Below, in pieces: positions 52,438 to 55,722 of a DNA stretch of 55,722 bases. Origin of the DNA: a virus (taxonomy: Duplodnaviria > Caudoviricetes); IMG/VR virus record IMGVR_UViG_3300025065_000003, positions 1-55,722 of that record. One strand, written 5' to 3'. Made by a program: the position numbers and the translations under genes. How positions within the stretch are numbered: the first letter of the stretch is position 1; each line of letters starts with the position of its first letter. The notes under the pieces are model-generated. The model did no database searches. It was not told the origin of the DNA and was given only the letters and a program-made list of their open reading frames with translations.

Positions 52438-52657
52438 ATGACTCATCGCGCCTAACCGCTTGCACATCGGCTCGGGAGGCGCGTGGTTTATCTGTACCAA
52501 TAAGCCAGTGCAGCTGAGATATGCCGCCCTCCTTAGCTCTACCCCGCAACCGCTGGCATGGGGTCAGCCTGCGCGGGCCGAGTTGACTGTTAATCAGTAG
52601 GCATAGGCAAAGCCGTAAGCCCCACGATACGGGGTCATTCAAATTTAGGAGGCATCT

Positions 52658-53158
52658 ATGAATGAGCGTCTGAAAGAGTTGGCAGAACGGCTTACAGAGC
52701 CAGGCAGCAAATGCCAGCACCTCAGCATGTCTGAGGTGCACGAACTTAGCGAGGCAGTGCTAGAGCTGCTTGAAAAGCCCGCCATCATTGAAACCAAGCA
52801 AGTGTTTGCCGTCATCCGTAACGCCGATGGCACAGAAGGTCGTGGGCCAAATTATGTGATGGCGGTATGCGAAGCTGAATCAACAGCTCGCCGCTTGGGA
52901 AAAGGCAAAGACGTTCAAGGCTCTGACTGCGGCATTGTGCCGACAGTGGCTATACGGATCGGCAACCAAGACTACGCCACACCCTGCTCGTGGCTTGCCC
53001 CATGCCGCATTCATGAACGCAATTTAGATGATAGAGCAGCAGAGAGGGAGCTTCAGGATAAGCGCGCGTCCGAGCAGAGAAAGCAAAAAGCGCTAAATCG
53101 TGCCAAAGCCGCCGGCCTGAGTGACGACGATATCAAAGCGCTACGAGGTGAAGCGTGA
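52658..53158 (+). CDS. Hypothetical protein
   Basis: AGGAGG RBS; NADGTEGRGP motif. Confidence 0.65.
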   Translation: MNERLKELAERLTEPGSKCQHLSMSEVHELSEAVLELLEKPAIIETKQVFAVIRNADGTEGRGPNYVMAVCEAESTARRLGKGKDVQGSDCGIVPTVAIRIGNQDYATPCSWLAPCRIHERNLDDRAAERELQDKRASEQRKQKALNRAKAAGLSDDDIKALRGEA

Positions 53159-53511
53159 GGATTTTCCAATCGAGTGGTAAAGGCCGAAGCCGCATCACGA
53201 TTGATGGCCGCGACTTTGTGGGCAACAACGTAGTGATCAATAGCGATGGCAAAGTAATTGTTGATGGTGTTGTGCAAAGCAGTTCTCTAGTAGGCCCTGT
53301 CACCGTTGAAATTCATGGTGACACCGACAAAGTAGAGGTTGCCGCTGGCAGTGTCAGCGTTACAGGGAGCTGCAGCAGCGCCAAAACGCAAAGCGGTGAT
53401 ATCACATGCGGTGATGTGACTGGCAGCGTTAGCAGTATGAGCGGAGACATACGCTGTAAGCACGTTGCGGGTAGCTGCAAAACAATGTCAGGCGATATTT
53501 ACAGAGGCTGA
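53155..53511 (+). CDS. Beta-repeat (DUF4097-like) hypothetical protein
   Basis: Repeated (T/S)xSGDI motifs. Confidence 0.65.
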   Translation: MRIFQSSGKGRSRITIDGRDFVGNNVVINSDGKVIVDGVVQSSSLVGPVTVEIHGDTDKVEVAAGSVSVTGSCSSAKTQSGDITCGDVTGSVSSMSGDIRCKHVAGSCKTMSGDIYRG

Positions 53512-53513
53512 TT

Positions 53514-53957
53514 ATGAAACTGAATATCACAACGCACATCATCGGTGATGACGAAAATGATAAACGCCCGTTAATCGCTGGAGGAAAAATCGAAATGGCC
53601 AGTGCCCTGGGTGATCTCAAGGCTGAAGTAACGGAAGGCAAGCATAAGGGCCGCTCAATCGAAGCTTTTGTTTGGTTCGGTTGCGATGACGAGAGTGCTC
53701 GCATCCATATTACAGAAGCATCCACCGGCTACTGCCTAGAAAAAATTGAGGCTGTGGTGATGGTTAACGGCAAGCCATGCAGCGCCAAAAAACTGCCTAA
53801 TGACGCACTGCTGAACATGGTTCCTAGCCTCATGGAAGCTGCCAAGAAAGCAGGGTTCTATCGCTTCGAGAAAGCCGACGATGCAAAGGCCGACACGCTT
53901 TTCGAACGCATCGACGCTTTGCCGAAAATCAAAGCAACTGGATCGCTAGTAGCCTAG
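53514..53957 (+). CDS. Hypothetical protein
   Basis: 147 aa; GAGG RBS. Confidence 0.6.
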   Translation: MKLNITTHIIGDDENDKRPLIAGGKIEMASALGDLKAEVTEGKHKGRSIEAFVWFGCDDESARIHITEASTGYCLEKIEAVVMVNGKPCSAKKLPNDALLNMVPSLMEAAKKAGFYRFEKADDAKADTLFERIDALPKIKATGSLVA

Positions 53958-53964
53958 GAGAGAA

Positions 53965-54171
53965 ATGAGCTATTACCCAAAACCAACGATGTGTATGTCC
54001 TGCCGCCACGCCATTGCCGATTGTGGCCACCTGCACTTTTCGTCAATGCCCATACTAAGCACAAGCAAGCACCGCATTATCGTCAGCTGTAAGGAGTACC
54101 AAGATGCTCGACCAGCTCCCGAACGCCAAGCGAGTCGCCGCAATAGTCCGCAAACGGCGGCTTATTCCTGA
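53965..54171 (+). CDS. Small Cys-containing hypothetical protein
   Basis: MCMSCRH..C..L.FSSMP..IVSC; AGGAG RBS. Confidence 0.6.
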   Translation: MSYYPKPTMCMSCRHAIADCGHLHFSSMPILSTSKHRIIVSCKEYQDARPAPERQASRRNSPQTAAYS

Positions 54172-54212
54172 TACGCCACGCTGGCGATTATCGACCAGAT
54201 TATTCAAAGACT

Positions 54213-54238
54213 ACCGCCGCCAATGAGCGGTTTTTTTT
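54213..54238 (+). terminator. Terminator before xis-int
   Basis: ACCGC..GCGGT followed by a T run. Confidence 0.65.
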
Positions 54239-54289
54239 GTGCCCACAGGCCCTGCTTGGGCCTCGCTGTCCACCAAAGGAGACGCCACC

Positions 54290-54511
54290 ATGGACCTGTT
54301 ATTAACGCTAGGCGAGATAGAGACCCTGACTGGCCGCAAGCGAACCAAGGAGCAATGTGCCTCGCTTGATGCCATGGGAGTGCGCTGGAAGGTTAATGCC
54401 AGTGGCGCACTTATTGTAGGCCGTCGGCATGTTGAGCAAGTGCTGTGCGGCGAAAATCTCAGTCAGGCGACAGAAACCAAACGACCTAATTTTGAGGCCT
54501 TACACGCATGA
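54290..54511 (+). CDS. Excisionase-like protein (DUF4224)
   Basis: LTLGEIETLTGRKR..Q...L..MGV..RPNFEAL; coupled to the integrase. Confidence 0.8.
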   Translation: MDLLLTLGEIETLTGRKRTKEQCASLDAMGVRWKVNASGALIVGRRHVEQVLCGENLSQATETKRPNFEALHA

Positions 54512-55527
54512 CGCAGGAAAACCCAGGCATTCCCAGGGTGTATTGGAAAAGTGGTGCATGGCGCTATAAGTGTAACGCCCGCCAGAAAGCACTGGTGGGC
54601 AAAAGTTGGATACGCCTGGGAGAAACAGCTAAGGAAGCCCAAGCCGCGTATGAACAGTGGCAAGAGCGGCTATTCCCTAAAGCAGGCATGGGCCGCATAT
54701 TCGACCGCTATGAAGCCGAGATAATCCCCGCCAAGCCTGCTGAAGCTACAAGACGCTCCAACCTGCAGGAGCTTAAAAAGCTGCGCGCTGTGTTTGCCGA
54801 TTGTGAGCCAGGCGATATAACGGTTCACGACATTTATCGTTATATGGACGCCCGCGGCGTTCAGTCTAAAACGCAGGCCAACCATGAGTTGGCATTGCTC
54901 AAGCACATATATAGGTACGCCCAGCGCTGGGGAATTGTCGAACACAACCCCGCCGATCCGGTGACCAAGTTCAAGCTCAAGCCGCGTGACCGCTATATCA
55001 CACACGCAGAATTTAGCCGCTTCCTAAAATTCACCTCCCCGTGGGTGCGCCGCTATGCCCTACTTAAATACAAAACCGGATTACGCCAACGCGACCTTCT
55101 CACTCTTCGCCTAGATCAGCTTACGCCGGACGGTATCGTGCTACGCAGCAGTAAGGCAGGTAAGCAGGCGCTGATACCGTGGGACGATGAGCTTAGGCGA
55201 TTAGTGCAGGAGATAAAGGCCGACAATCTAGGCCGTGGCAAGCAAGGCCCCACGCTGTTCTGCAAGCGGGACGGTATGCCCTACAACAAGGATAAGTTTC
55301 ATAGCCGCTGGCAATACGGAATGCGTAAAGCCATGCATGAGGGCCACGTTGAACGGTTCACAGAGCACGATATTCGCGCCAAGCACGCAACTGATGCAGA
55401 TAACCAAGGTTACGACGCAATGACCAACTTGCAGCACAGCGATCGGCGAACAACCGAGGTCTATCTACGTGCTAAACGAGTGTTGACGGTAAGTACGTTA
55501 GGAGCGGAAGAGTTCTTAGAAGATTAG
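54508..55527 (+). CDS. int: Tyrosine integrase
   Basis: Catalytic residues in TGLR, SSK, HDIR, LQH and EVY; adjacent to att. Confidence 0.95.
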   Translation: MTQENPGIPRVYWKSGAWRYKCNARQKALVGKSWIRLGETAKEAQAAYEQWQERLFPKAGMGRIFDRYEAEIIPAKPAEATRRSNLQELKKLRAVFADCEPGDITVHDIYRYMDARGVQSKTQANHELALLKHIYRYAQRWGIVEHNPADPVTKFKLKPRDRYITHAEFSRFLKFTSPWVRRYALLKYKTGLRQRDLLTLRLDQLTPDGIVLRSSKAGKQALIPWDDELRRLVQEIKADNLGRGKQGPTLFCKRDGMPYNKDKFHSRWQYGMRKAMHEGHVERFTEHDIRAKHATDADNQGYDAMTNLQHSDRRTTEVYLRAKRVLTVSTLGAEEFLED

Positions 55528-55595
55528 ACATTAGTCTATTGTGCACTGGTCTAGCGAAAGCAGTATAACGGCAGGTGTTCCCCTCGTTATATTTT

Positions 55596-55722
55596 CGCCC
55601 TTTTTTGACGCCTAGAAACAAAAAAAGGAACCAGCCAAGTAGCTGATTCCCTTAATGTTTTGGCGGAGGGACAGGGATTCGAACCCTGGATAGGCTATTA
55701 ACCTATGCCGGTTTTCAAGACC
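55596..55722. repeat. Right terminal direct repeat containing the tRNA-Ser(UGA) 3' part (55661-55722, minus strand)
   Basis: Identical to 1-127. Confidence 0.95.

Larger units (their letters stand above)
1..55722. mobile_element. Complete temperate prophage/phage genome (lambdoid organisation, P22-like podovirus morphogenesis) targeting tRNA-Ser(UGA)
   Basis: Terminal 127-bp direct repeats with a tRNA 3' fragment; integrase next to one end; full set of immunity, replication, lysis, packaging, capsid and ejection genes; no tape measure or sheath gene. Confidence 0.95.

Overview
The window is one complete temperate phage genome of about 55.6 kb. It is bounded by an exact 127-bp direct repeat (1-127 = 55596-55722) that contains the 3' part of a tRNA-Ser(UGA) and its terminator, i.e. 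att sites or a circular-assembly overlap at attP. The layout is lambdoid with P22-like podovirus morphogenesis genes. From the right end: integrase and excisionase, the early pL operon (Rad52-like SSAP, DEDDh exonuclease, DUF2303, SSB), cI/cro immunity with TTAGC-N5-GCTAA operators, replication (initiator with iterons, DnaB), a nin-like region, a Q-like gene, a late promoter with a tRNA(CAU), lysis, terminases, portal, scaffold, capsid, adaptors, two fibre proteins, ejection proteins, a ~2940-aa polyvalent protein, and a P22 immI-like mnt/arc/ant locus. The host is inferred to be a gammaproteobacterium, possibly halophilic given the acidic virion proteins. The most interesting candidates are: (1) two small genes with their own ribosome-binding sites, overprinted in the +1 frame inside the giant protein, one inserted just before its ADP-ribosyltransferase core and one after its ParB-like domain; (2) ten covarying GNRA (mostly GUGA) tetraloop hairpins at late-gene starts and in the terS leader, a structured leader that also carries a 13-nt perfect complement of the 16S rRNA 3' end; (3) an AT-rich soluble plus membrane gene pair in the rexAB position. 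All family assignments come from motif recognition by eye; no searches were run.
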